From Candidatus Poseidoniales archaeon (GTDB lineage: Archaea > Thermoplasmatota > Poseidoniia > Poseidoniales > Poseidoniaceae), in NCBI GenBank assembly GCA_003602575.1, contig QQRY01000040.1, forward strand, positions 7,753-71,752: a stretch of DNA of 64,000 bases. Reading direction: 5' to 3'. Positions 10,001 through 22,300 of this stretch are shown here, one piece after another. Each line of letters starts with the position of its first letter. Position 1 is the first letter of the stretch. The translations under genes and the position numbers were made by a program. The notes beneath the pieces were generated by a model, which had not been told where the DNA came from, made no database searches, and saw only the letters and a program-made list of their open reading frames with translations.

Positions 10001-10114
10001 ACGTGGACTTGGGGAGTAATTGGTATCGTAGTCGTTGTTGCATTTGTAGCAGGCGCATTCATTCTCTCTCGTGGAGATGATGGCGAAGACGAAGGCAAAG
10101 ATTGGGATTACTGA
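7040..10114 (+). CDS. Secreted, C-terminally TM-anchored cell-surface protein (CARDB/PKD/FN3-like beta-sandwich repeats); S-layer-type candidate
   Basis: 1,024 aa. It has an N-terminal signal peptide (MTPMILVMLMLTSVLASI) and a CARDB-like segment (AGDPVNFRAYLRNSGDADLDN). A PKD-like segment reads FTATASVFDVEGDQIDYVWTD...LAVYDSYGASD. A Thr/Asp-rich stalk precedes the TM helix WGVIGIVVVVAFVAGAFIL and a short acidic tail. Confidence 0.6.
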   Translation: MNKMTPMILVMLMLTSVLASIDFVELQEMKEIEDTSARASGDPEVVVITSPRETTCDMSGDCLDELLAGDPVNFRAYLRNSGDADLDNMQYTVEIYTNDNGNRGDIVTDVSGNELSWTNSNAVCNTSPSCQQTVLTQGAFLTGGEALLKDSLGATLSWTPSSGSYFVVISVSSNVLGDPGNNELSVAVQVRDYFDVEVDLTWLDGSGAPVSGSVDGSGAKDFQVSVSLTSPGNPSMTIRNASVSMTYTNLGSGDASSFTVGHSSTVNIRETTGSGTPAQTGTRLIVGSNGLNGSHVGVAVGSVTPSSVSGEYSVSAVLSEYTVYGPHGTSICGGSALDTIYCEKTVTSQDWADEYSGSNEATIYGSLDVFQDITLTQFQIWKGLDGEDPEVFGSLGLDITSSLSPGDYDLYAEVGHVSSSSSILYNWSVDFTITDSEGTSTVVTANSCDSKVDYDNSQLGAPSVKTPDAQMLVYACASVSMTEGEFEVEAEANLLGQWDEDGLTLDDKIDDMSLSNNKYSFDVEVTNFAPQILSLSLVPDSVTADSDKTSFTATASVFDVEGDQIDYVWTDTAGDEINCAGSSPDQCTVSVDESMVPTYRINLAVYDSYGASDNTNGEITVLNYDSFTSPAESTLHAEYEITYKSTGLSITFANASDVTDVELPGYDGTYSSVGGMTISPSTTYDTKDIMSQTITVAFDNQVDATSMWLKVGNLWQLLATGTPDEFNATSSSYSYTWGAGESMFTANTEFHLFGGVLSQAQAPSANISGFTAVPSMAGGISINWAIDGTMLSEDEVVVSICDTDPQCANAYESSWNSDVSSMLYSGQNTVHGNTYYVTAAVCKGGLCSNEATATVVADKEVASVTAVDVTISESGENWVVSWNASAEDSDVASWLVCYLKASFTASEMSDLVGTSACVSADSTTATIAKYSTAGTYNVHFAIAPVDVVGNIAPTASSDNIEYSRADDNTNPDDGSQTTETEASSGVPTWTWGVIGIVVVVAFVAGAFILSRGDDGEDEGKDWDY

Positions 10115-10160
10115 TCTCGATATTTGCTAGCACGTTAATTCTAAGGAATTAGCATAATTG

Positions 10161-10197
10161 CCGGGAAGGGCACTTAGGTGCCCTTTCCGGCCTTTTT
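10161..10197 (+). terminator. Hairpin plus T-tract, intrinsic-terminator-like
   Basis: CCGGGAAGGGCAC-TTAG-GTGCCCTTTCCGG forms a 13-bp stem with one G-U pair (10161-10190). TTTTT follows at 10193-10197, 47 nt after the stop codon. Confidence 0.6.
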
Positions 10198-10331
10198 ATT
10201 GATTTATTTTATATTGTTATTTTTTATCTTTTTTTCCGGCTTAATTTCGATTAATTAGGGTTTCAAATTTATTCGATTTTGGTATTCTGAAATGTCTTTT
10301 CAAAGATAATGCACCCCAACCCTCATAAGGG

Positions 10332-10338
10332 GTATAAG
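10332..10338 (+). promoter_or_regulatory. Putative TATA box for the 5,367-aa gene
   Basis: GTATAAG lies about 44 nt upstream of the ATG at 10382. GGAGG at 10369-10373 has 8-nt spacing to the ATG. Confidence 0.3.
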
Positions 10339-10381
10339 TCGTGAGTCATCATACATGCGATGACGCGTGGAGGAATGACAG

Positions 10382-13300
10382 ATGAAAGAAATGAAAAATA
10401 AAAGAGGAAAAACAGTATTTGGCGGAGTAGGAATTGCGCTTCTGTTGTGCTTATTGATGGTAATGATGCCCTTCGCATCAACCGTCTCAAATGGCGATAC
10501 AACTGAAGAAATTTCGACAGAAGCTAATTCAGAAAGAATAGAAACTGAAGATTCTATGCTAGATGGCACAGATGACTCAACATTTAATGCCGAGAGTTAT
10601 GGCTATGATGCTGATTATGAGATGATCGGCATGCGTGAGCAGAATTCTAAGGTATTTATCGCCGATGACGGTGGATTGGATATGGTTTACTCATCCGAGC
10701 CACTACACTACATCGGTGCTGATAATACCTGGCAAGATATCGACTTCACAATAGAATCATCACAAGATGGATTTGAAGTCACTCAAACAGAATCTCCTGT
10801 TCACTTCGAGAGTGAATTTGAAAATGGATATTCTGCACTGTTTGGTGGCGAATTTGAGATTACATCCGGTGTCGACTCGATGCTAGTTGCAATCAATACT
10901 CCACTTTCCACAATAGGAACTCCAGGGATTCAAGAAGAGTCTCTTGGTGGTGTAGATGATTCAAGTAAAGACTTGGTTATCGAAATCAATCCTTTGTACT
11001 TTGAAACATCTAAAAATACACTAACTGGTGGAAACAAAATTAGTTATCCACTTTCTGATACAATCGACTTGACTTACACTGTCAAGCAAGACAAGGTCAA
11101 GCAAGAGGTAGTAATCAACGCACTCCCTCACATGTACGCAGAACTACCAGAATTCCGTAGTTCGGAGTATTTCGGATTATACGAAAGATTCGAAATTCCT
11201 GTTGGTCATAAACTCGTTTCATCCGATGGCTATGATTTGACTGGAACAGAGTTGTATCAAACAAATAGGCATCTCTCAATAGTGAACATAGAAACAGGCC
11301 TAGAGGTCGTAAGGATTGAAGCTCCAATTGCTCACCAAGCCTCATTAGATGAATCCACTGCTGAAATTACGTCAACATACTTCCTCTCTGTTGATGAGTT
11401 TGGCACTTCCGGTTCAATTATTACTGCGATCGAGACATCTTCTCTTCTGTCTAAAGATGTTAGTTTCCCTGTAACTATTGACCCTACATTCAACTATGTT
11501 GCAACTGGCCAAAACAATTACCCTGTTTGTGATATAAGCGAAAACAATTGTCACTCTAAGACCGATGGAAGATACGAGTACAACAACTGGGGTCAAATGC
11601 TTGACTCACCACGTTTCCCATTCCAATTTAGTGCAACTCTACCAAATGGTAATGCTTTGTCACCTATTGAAAGTGTAACTGCCAAGATTTACTATGATGG
11701 CGATTATGATTCAGGGTATGCTGATGTAATTATCCTAGAAGATTGTGGTATCTCCGCATCAGGGGCGCCAACTGGGACTAACTATCTTGGTCAATATGCA
11801 AATCCAAGCGGATGTACTGGAAATGCTCTGCAAGCATATTCACCACCAACTTCTACAGGAAATCCTCTATACACCTATGACCCTCCAACCAGTAGATATC
11901 GACATTACTGTACCTCCTGGAGCAACTACTGTCAACATTTCTCACACTTTGGTTATGACAATTCTAACAACTACGGTTTCGGATACTATGTAACTGCTGA
12001 CGATGGCTCCTCTACAAATGGAATATTCCCTGCTGGAACTTACAACTGGGAAGTCAAAGACTCCTATGGAGATGGTATGAATAATAACGCTAACTTCAGA
12101 GTATACACTCGAAATGCAGGTGGCAGTGTTACCAACACAATGTATGGATGGTCTTACCTAGGACAATATACTACTGGAGGTTCGAGCTCGTCAGGTACAT
12201 TCACTGTTCCTGCCGGCCAAGAATTCGTACTTCGATATTACTGCCCGAGCAGTACTTTGAGTGGTTGCTACACCAATGAAAATCTGATGACAATCCAACA
12301 ACAATCAGGAACCTCTCTTCCGTCTCTTTCAAACGGTGGTAACTCGCTCGCCAGAGGGCCTGACGCCACTCTTGCTCTTGGCGGTGGCCAAGAAGCTAGA
12401 ATGAAGTGGACTTGCGGTACATGGTGTGGAGAAAACACAATTTACTGGAGAGAAGCAGGCCAATCATGGTCCGGCACTAACTCTTGGTCTCCTAACTATG
12501 GTTCTGGTCAAAACTACCAAACATACTACTCAAACACTGAAGGTGTATTGATCCAAAACTCAGGTGGTTCAACAATGAATCTAGAATTTTTGGTCTATGA
12601 TTCCTACGGTGATGGAACAAATGGTGGTTCCGGACTTGTTCAAGTCGATTCTCTAGGTACATGGGGTACAGTCCCAGCGACTCCTTGGGGTCTAAGACAG
12701 GTTTCTATGACCAGTTCAGAATCACTAGGTTACTTCAATGTCCCATACACTGGAGGCACAGGCACACGTACTGTGAATCTCTGTACTACTACAGTAGAAT
12801 GTAACGACCAAAGTAGCCCACTTGCAATGCTGACCGATGCTGTTGCAAATGCTGGATACATTGAATTCGGCCTTGGATTTGCAAACTCTCCTGTGTCACA
12901 GTCTCCTGACAAAACCACAGGTGCAGCAACAACCGGCGGTGGCGAATTCTATGTTGATAAATTTGAATTAATAATTGATTTCGAGGAAGCAAGCGACGAT
13001 ACAACACCTCCGGTTGATATGACCGAGGTTCATTATCAAGGCAACTCTTACATCGAAGGTCCACGAACTCTAATGCTAGAAATCGAGGATAGCGAACACG
13101 CAATCGATACAACAGCGGCTAACGGTCCTAAGTTGTGGTATAGTATTGACAATTCCAACTACATTTCTGCACCTGCTACATTGATGAGTTCAGTTTGTAA
13201 TGCAAAGGAGCAAACTTGTGCATTCACTGCTCAAACTATCCACCTTTCTCATGGAAATGTTGTTGATTATTACTGGACTTATCAAGACGCATCTGCCCCA

Positions 13301-16300
13301 ACAGCATCCAAGCCTAATCAGGGCGCTAACCCTACACAAACATCAACAGTACAATTCACATTAGTGGATCCATTGAATGCTGGAACTGCACAGAAGATGA
13401 CTACTCTAGTTGAAAATGTAAAGGCAAACTATGATGGTGGAGCAAAGACTCCAGGAAATACTATCGATAGACAAATGACTTACTTCGCAGATACTAATGA
13501 GTACTTGTTCGAATTTGACACATCAGAGTGTGAAACATATACATCCGCAGGATATTCATGTTTCAGTACAAATTCCAATAATGACTACGGACATTGGGAT
13601 GTAATTTGGCAAGACGCAGTAAATGCCTGTTCACCTGGTAGTAGCGGATGTACAGGAACAAGTGACAACAGTCTAACTCTAGAATCATTGGAAGGCGGAC
13701 AATTTGATATTTCACGCCAACTGGGTGTAGGAACTAATCTTGCTTTCAAGTATGATACTACAGCTGGAGCATGGGTTGCAGTTGGAGTCGGCGATGGCTC
13801 GAATGGTTTGAGAATTCAAGACAGACTAGATGCCAATGCACCTGATACCGTAGCGGAAACTAACGGCGCGGTTCAAGGATTGGTTGCTTCGAGTTTCACT
13901 CCTTCAACTACTCCTACTTACACTATCGGCCCTGGTGATTACCAAGTATACTCAACCGACTCATACGGAGACGGTCCAAATGGTGGAGTCCTAAGAGACG
14001 GCCCAGGCGGTAATGTTTTGATTTCCGGATACAGTGGAAACGGAGGACCATCAGGTGCTAGTTCGACAACTGTAACTGTCGCTGCTGGTACAACTATGAC
14101 TCTGACATATACATGTGCGTCATGGTGTTACGAAACCACAATCTATGTAGTTCCTGCATTGCCTGATTCACAGACCGCTTACTCTCAGACCAGTTCTGGA
14201 AACAGTTACGTTTGGGATAATTGGGGATTCACAATCGATCTTTCTACAACGACCTTTACTGGCTCATTTGGTGAGATAGACATTGGAGCAAACGATGCCA
14301 ATATCGTTTGTGTAACAACCAATGGATTGGTGTACTTCATGGATACAACATCCGCTGCTTGTGACGCAGATGCTGATGCATCTTCAGTTGGAGGAACTTG
14401 GAATGGATTCGCACTAGGTGCTTCAGTTCAAGGTGAACAACCTGGTAAGGAAGGAATGCTTTGGTCGGTTAGAAATATCGCACCAGATCCAGATATTACC
14501 GCACCTTCAATTGTACACACATCTATGGGTGATTCACACGCATTGGAAAGAACCGTTTCAGCAATAATTTCTGACCCTGGTTACCAACCAACAGGACTAG
14601 AAGTCAGTTCAGTTGCCGATGTAGGTCCTACATTGCATTATGAGGTTTACAAGACATCTGGTGCACCAACAGGAACCTTCGTTTCAGTACCAATGGTACC
14701 AGAAGGCGACAGAGCCCTGTGTGCTGATATGGAATGTACTTGGAGTGCGGATTTACCTGCTCTAAGCAGCGATCGTGACGACTCAGTCGTCTATAAGATA
14801 ACAGCACAAGATGTGTCTGCAGCAGGAGGTTCAGCAAATAATGGACCAAATACCGCTACAACCAGTCTTGCAACATTTAAGGCTGACACGCCTACAAATA
14901 CACTGGTCATCGAGTGGCAAGATTATGCATCTAACTTCGCAGCAACAGATGAGTGTTCTTTCCAATTGATAATGTATGATGTAACTAATGAGTTTGAATT
15001 CCATTATGATGAATCCTGTTCATCTGATGAAGTAGTTGGTGTTATAGGTCACAGATTAGACCAAAACACTGCTACAACAATTGAAAACTTAGTTGATTCA
15101 ACACAAACTGGAAACCCTCATTCATACAACATCAGAGTTACTGATGGTGCTGATGGATACTCTTACGAGTATTTCGAACTAGGTCTTAGTACACCTCTGC
15201 CATTGGCTTCGTCCAATCCGGCAGTAGCTGCTGGAACTTCAGCAAGTTTCAGAACTGAGAACTGTGTGCAACAATTCTGGTCACAATTAAGCAATTACTG
15301 TGCTGGAAATATCGACATACCTGCAGGATTTAGTTTCGACTTCCACGGAGTCACTTATGATGGCGACAACGGACAAGATGATAGAATTCAAGTATCAGCT
15401 GCTGGAGTAGTTAGTTTGCTTCAGAATCAACCGGCAACATCCCACACTACTGTAACCCCAGTACATGGAGTTTCATGGTCTGGTGCTATGTACGATATGG
15501 ATTCAACATCTCCATTCTACTTGGATAATTCCATCGCACCTTGGTGGTCTCCTGCCAGTAACGATTACTGCGCACAAAGCAATGGATGTAACGGTGTTTG
15601 GTACAGAACAATACCATTCGATGGACAAGGTACTCCAGTTACTTCTGACATTAACGTAGATACTGTTTGGTATCTTGTCGACAGCCCAATCCGTGTTAAC
15701 CCAACAGATTCCTCTGGATATTTGTCAGTTAACGCTAACTTGGAAATCGAAGCAGGTGTAGAAGTTATTGTGGCTGCAGACAAGGGTATTTCCTTTGACT
15801 CTGGATTTGTAAACGGGGCATGTACTCAATTCACAGTAGGAGATTCATCTCAAACTGGAAGAGTTTCATTCAACGCCGATCAAACAACAGACCCAGCAGC
15901 AACATGGTATGGTCTAGCCTTTACAGATGAATGTCAAGGAGCAACTACCGACAGACACGTTTTCGAGAATGTGGACATTAGCAACACAGAATTTGCAGCA
16001 ATTACCGCTGGAAGTAGACCGGGTAGCCCATCTGCTCAGTACACCTGTGGAACTCCTTCTCAGGACTGTAATGTTGGAGAATTCGAAATGACTGGAATGA
16101 CATTCACTAATGTCGACTCGGCCTTCGCTCATGGTAGCGGACAAGGTACTGTAGTAACTATGTCTAACTTCGATGTAAACGGTGCAAGAAGTGCTTGTTT
16201 CAACTTTGCTGAGAACACAATCGCAACATTGAGTGGAACACCTTCCAACCCAAGTACAATGACTAATTGTAACTCCGCTAACAAAGATTGGGGTGGAGCA

Positions 16301-19300
16301 ATTGTTTCTGAGCCAGGAAGTACAGGTGGTTCTTTGATTATGTCTAACGTACTAATTACCGATTCTCTAAGAACCTTAGTTCGTGTTGATTTCAAGACAG
16401 TTGTAATCTCCAGTGTCGTTGCAACAAACGCAGCAGACCAAAACCCAGCATCAACTGCTGGAACATGGGCTGGAGACAACTCTGGAGTAAGTTTGGGATT
16501 GAGCCATGGAAGCGGTGCTTCAGTGGATATTTCTGACTTCTCCGCACCTAGCTATCACCATGGTTGGATTTATGCAGCAGGTTCGATATCTATGTCTAAC
16601 GTTGATCTTGGTAATGGATGGACTAACAGTCATTACTTCGACATCAAGCCATTTGGTTCTTCTGGAACTACTGCCGGAGCAACTGGTAGCGATGCAACTT
16701 TTGACGATGTTACCGTTGCAAACTTGTACATACACAGAACCTTCCCAGGAACTCTAAATGACATCACTACATCCGGAGTATTGAACTTCTATGGAATGAG
16801 TACTTTCGCACAAGATGTTGAACTAACTGGATCATCGGTAATCGGTGGCGAAGTTGGAGTTGACGGTTGTGGAAGTAATGTCATGATTACTGGAGCAACT
16901 ATCGGTGGAATTTGGTCTTCATGTAACTTTGGAAACAAGAACGTTATCGACATGACTGATACAACTATTATTCACGACACACCAGGAACTTCTGCAATGT
17001 TCTTATCTTTGACCAAGGCAACTTTGATTGAAGTCGATGTGCAAAGCAGTGTAATTGATGGAACAAGCGGTTGGTATGCTTACGTCAACCCAGGTAGCGA
17101 ACTATACCTAATCGCTTCTACATACACCGACACAGCAAACTCCGCTTCAGCGGTTGATTGTGCAGATGTCAATGGAGCAACAAATAATTGTTTGATTAAC
17201 TTCAATTCAGGATTCGGACAATATGCTTCTGAAGTATACTATGGTGGATATGCGAATGCTCTAGCTTACAGGTTAGGTGTTGTAAATGGTGTTCCACAAC
17301 AACAGATTCTTCAATCTGATGTGACAATCACTACACAAACACTTGACTCGACAGGTTCTGTCATCGCTGAAGTCGGGTCTGCAATTACCGGTACAAGCCC
17401 AATGGGTAAGACTGACAAGGTAGTTGTATTGACTGGAAACCAAGGCGGAGATGTTTACAGTGAACACATTGTTCGTGCTTCTGGTGCGGCAGGTATTGGA
17501 GATGTCAAGCCAGGCGATTTAATCGCTTTCTCTAACGAAGTGGCTCAAACTCCAGGAACTGTATTCGGAGACTATACCATTGGTTCATATGTCGATATTA
17601 GACTAATTGCACCTCCGGTGACTTTCGACTCTCCAAATATGGATTGTAACTGGATGATGAATACTAATTCGACTTTCATGAATGCATATGATTCTGTCAA
17701 GGACGCGTTCGTTTTCAAGGGCGCTGCTTTGACAGTCGCAGCAGACATGACTTTCGATGGATGTTCTATTGAATTAGAAGGTTCCAAGATGTTGTTTAGA
17801 TCTGGTACAGTCACAGTAATGTCCAACAGTATTACAAACACTGATGGTTCAATATTGATGACAATCGACGGTGACACTGGCGATGCCCCTGAAATAATTG
17901 GGGAAAACGGTGCAAAGGTCGTTGACCTTGATATCAGCCTAGGCGGTACAGTAAACATGCAAGCTGGAACTATACAAGATATGTTAGTTTCAAATTTCAA
18001 GGATGGACTACTTGTTGTAGGTGCTGGTGGAACTTTGATTATGGCTGGCGGCGCTCAAATACTTGGTTCTGATTTGACTGGAATGGGATTATCCTATCCA
18101 ATCGTATACGCTGATGGTGGAAATATCCAAGTCACAACTGGACAAATATCAGGTATTGGTAACACAGGTGCAGGTCTTGCAACTTCGAATGCTTTCGTCA
18201 ATGCTAACGGACTAACTGTCAGCAACGCATACGCTGGTGTTTGGGGAGAAGATTCCGCTCTAACTCTAGATGGATTTACTTCTACAAGCAACACTTACGG
18301 TGTAGTAGCTGAAGGCGCTATGACACTACCTAAGATCTACCGAAGTGCGACTCTTCAAGGAATTGATGTAGTAAACGACATGGATGCTTGTATCTATGGA
18401 TACTGGAATGCATGTGGTTACTGGAAAACTTACTCAGTTGACTTCTCAACATATCTAGGTAGCCAAGATTATCTTCAAACTGGTATGGAAATTACATTCC
18501 AAGGACACATTTACGACCCATATTCTGGATGGACAACACCTTATGTCTCAATGGATAATCTGAAGATTAAGATGTCTGACAACCTTGGACAGACTTGGAC
18601 TGTTGACTCCTCAAGCGACAAGGGTTACTACCCATATGGTTCTGCTGACCCAGCATCGGGTACTACCGCTGCCACATATACTCCTGGAGCAATAGGTGGA
18701 GTTCCAACTTGGGAATGTAGTTACCAAGGATTTACATACAGTCCTTACAGTTCCTTTGGAGCCTATGGTTCAAGAAACTTCGCTGGCCCAGGTACAATGG
18801 GCGACTTCTTCGGTGTTGGAGCATGGGGATACCCTGCAGAATTTGGTTTTAGATGGACTGCTTCTGATAACCCTAATATCCCTGGAGATCCTTTCCCAGG
18901 TTTCAATTGGGGAACAACTCACAGATACTTCTCACCTTATGCAAACTTCCCAGGAATGAATAACCGTGCCCCATCTGGAACAGTATGTGGTGCAGTAGCA
19001 CAACCAGCTATACCAACTCTTACACAAGCCGGAAGCAGCGGAATACTAAACTTCCCTGTTGTGGATATTAGTGACACTTCATTAACCAGTGTAACTATGG
19101 AAGTAGACGTTTGGCACACTTACTATCATTGGAGAGCAGGTTACCATGACAACGATGTTGGAGACAATACTCAAATTATGGCTCGTGGAAGTTCTAATCC
19201 AGCCGCTCTAGGCGACTGGAGTACAACTCTACCAAATAATGGGATTTCTATTATCAATTCAAACATCAATGATGCTGATGTCGGTATCGACCTGCGAGGA

Positions 19301-22300
19301 GATACTGTGGCTACATTTACTGATACAGTAATTACTAACCCATCCTCTTTTGGTGTAAATACTGATGGTGAGAACTCAGTAACATTTGACGATCTTGAAG
19401 TTACTGACAATACAGGAGCAGGATTACAGAACTATGGTTTCTTCTCCGGTACAACAAGTTCCGGCGATATCACTATCAAGGATTCTGATTTCTCAGGACT
19501 ACACACATCTCTTTACTTCAACAACGATGTAGGTACAACAGTTGAATCAACATCTGTATCTGGTGGAGACACAGGATTAAGAATTGGTTCCCAAAGTGAT
19601 GCTAACTACAACCTTGACGGTCTTACAATCACCAATATGGATACTGGTGTAGACGCTGCAGGAACAGGAAAACTAACAATCAAAGATTGTGTTTTCGTAT
19701 CTAGTAACAGCTTCGATGTAGTAATCGACGATTCAAGAAATGCAGAATTCATCGATGGTTCTTTCAGTGTAAAACCACTAGACGACAGTTCCAAGGTTAG
19801 TGTTTCTGGCTCTGGAACTCTAGAACGTTCAAGATCCTACTTTGCAGTACTTGACGCCGATTCAAGCCCAGTGGCTAACGCTAATGTTATCTTGAGCAGT
19901 AGAGATGCTTCAGTATTCTCTGCTGGTACAACCGATTCTAATGGATTAGCATCAGGATTGGCATTCTCAGTGTTTACTATGGATTCAGTTGGAATTAACG
20001 ACCTAACTTCTTTGTTCAATACATACACAATTACAACAGTTGCTCAAATTGGAACATACTCTTACACTGATGCTACCACAAACAGCGGAGATTTCCGTTA
20101 CAAGATAGCATCACCAACATTAGTTGATGAAGGATATGATTCTTCCACATCTGTGAATTATGAGTCATACAGTCTAACCGATGTAGTAGATGTCCGTATT
20201 TGTTCAAACGATAACATGCACACTGTAGTTGCAAGCTGTGCTGGAACATTCGCTGATACAGATACTAGAACATATACATCCGGTATGGTTGAATATGGTT
20301 CTGAAGAATCTATTCAAGATCTATCAGGTACTGTTGACTTGTCTAACATGGTCATCATGTCTGATACTGGAAGTTATGAAATGAAAGACGGAACAACCTA
20401 CAATCTTGATGGTTCTACAATTTTGATGACAGGATACATGGGACTTTACAACATTGGTCAATGGACTGTTGAACAACCATATGGTACAACATTCAGTATG
20501 GATGGCGGTAGTGTCCTTGGAATTTACCCAGAAGCACCTTCAGGAGCTCCAGTTGGATATGCTCTTGGTGGTCTTGGTGGATTTAGTGATGCACCACTAT
20601 CCTTCGATGTCAACAATGTTGATTTCAATGGAATTGCGACAATGTCCGCATTTGCTGGTGACTATGCATCATCAAGTTCCTGGTCGGGAATGTCCGCATA
20701 CAATGTAGGAACATTCGAAGTAACTGGAAGCAGTTTCTCACACTTTAGAGGATTTAACTCCCTTTACGCTAATTCTGTTTATGATATTGACACATGTATT
20801 AGAGTAGCCGGTGGAAGCGGTGGACTGATTCAAAATAACATCTTCAGCGATTGTACAGCAGGAATTCTGTTCACACAATCAGACTGGCTAGTTGACGATT
20901 CAGACCCTAACACAGGTGCTACTGACGACAGATACACAACAACACCTCATCCAGTAAACGGATCACTACAATTCACTGTCGACAACAACCAATTTAGTGG
21001 CGGTGCAGGATTCAACGTTTGGGTATACAATGATGCAAATGCAGATCAATTGACAATTACTAATAATGATATGAACTGTAATGCATGTGAAGCACACATT
21101 GCATTCTACGACGAAACTTCAGTAGCTCCAATTATTACTGGAAATACAATTAGAAATGGTGATTATGCTGTAACAACAAAGGATACACAATTAGTAACTA
21201 TTGATTCTAACATCATTTCTGATATCGAAGTCGCAGCAGTATATGTTGACGGTGGAGATGCAGACGTTACTGATAATACCATTACTGATTCATTAGGTGG
21301 AATTAGAGTTGAAGGACTTACTAAGCCAACAGAGCAAGTAACCTACTTAGTAGCAGGAATTAACACAGGGATGCCTCAATCTACAACAACTCCGTTTAGT
21401 TACAGAAATTTCCTATACGGAACATACTCTGATGAGATTTCCTATACTCTAGAGCCTGGAGATGAAATGATTATGGATTTCACTTGTGGCGCATATTGTT
21501 ATGAATCTGAGATTCGATATAAGGGAGCTGGACAAGCATTCCAAACATGGGATCCTAACGGTGCAACTAAGAACTCTCTGTCTGATAATCTATTGTTCAC
21601 CGCACCAGGTGTTTACAAGTTCAAGATGTATGACAGCTATGGTGATGGTCCTAACGGCGGTTCCTTTAGAGTTCTAAAGGCTGCATCTGGAACATGGACA
21701 CTTGGTTCTACAGGTGGTCCTGCAACTGTTCTATCATGGACACACAATACACTACACTCACAATATGCAACAGGAACAGGTTCTAATGATGACGGAATAG
21801 TTATCGAAAACTTAGGTACAACACCTACAACTTGGGCATTTAGAATGACCGATACTTTTGGTGATGGAGCAAACGGTAACTCATACATTATCGAAGAAGC
21901 ACCTGCAGGTACATGGGCTGGTACATCTGGTCCATCAGGAGCCTACGTTGGTGGAATCAATGATGGAATTGGTCCATCATTTACTAACTCTAACAATAAT
22001 GGAGATTACAGCGATTGGCTTGAAATAACACTACAACCAAACAAGGAATTGAGAATGGTTTGGGACAACTGTAATGCCTGGTGTTATGAATCTGGAATGG
22101 AATATGGAGAAATAGCACAATCTGCAGCATTGACTTGGGTTGGACCTGATATCCATAACAACGTAATTACCAATACTGGATTTGAACCGAATGCTTACGG
22201 AATAAGAATCGAGTCCTGTGATATGACACAATATCACATTTCAACGATTTCCAATACTGTAAACATTGGACAGGATGCATTAGTTGCAGATAGCTGTACT

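Noticed and set aside
9990-10114. PGF-CTERM/archaeosortase-type or other known sorting signals at the C-termini of the five surface proteins.
   Set aside because: None of the C-terminal TM helices is preceded by a PGF (or similar) tripeptide motif. They look like plain TM anchors with charged cytoplasmic tails.
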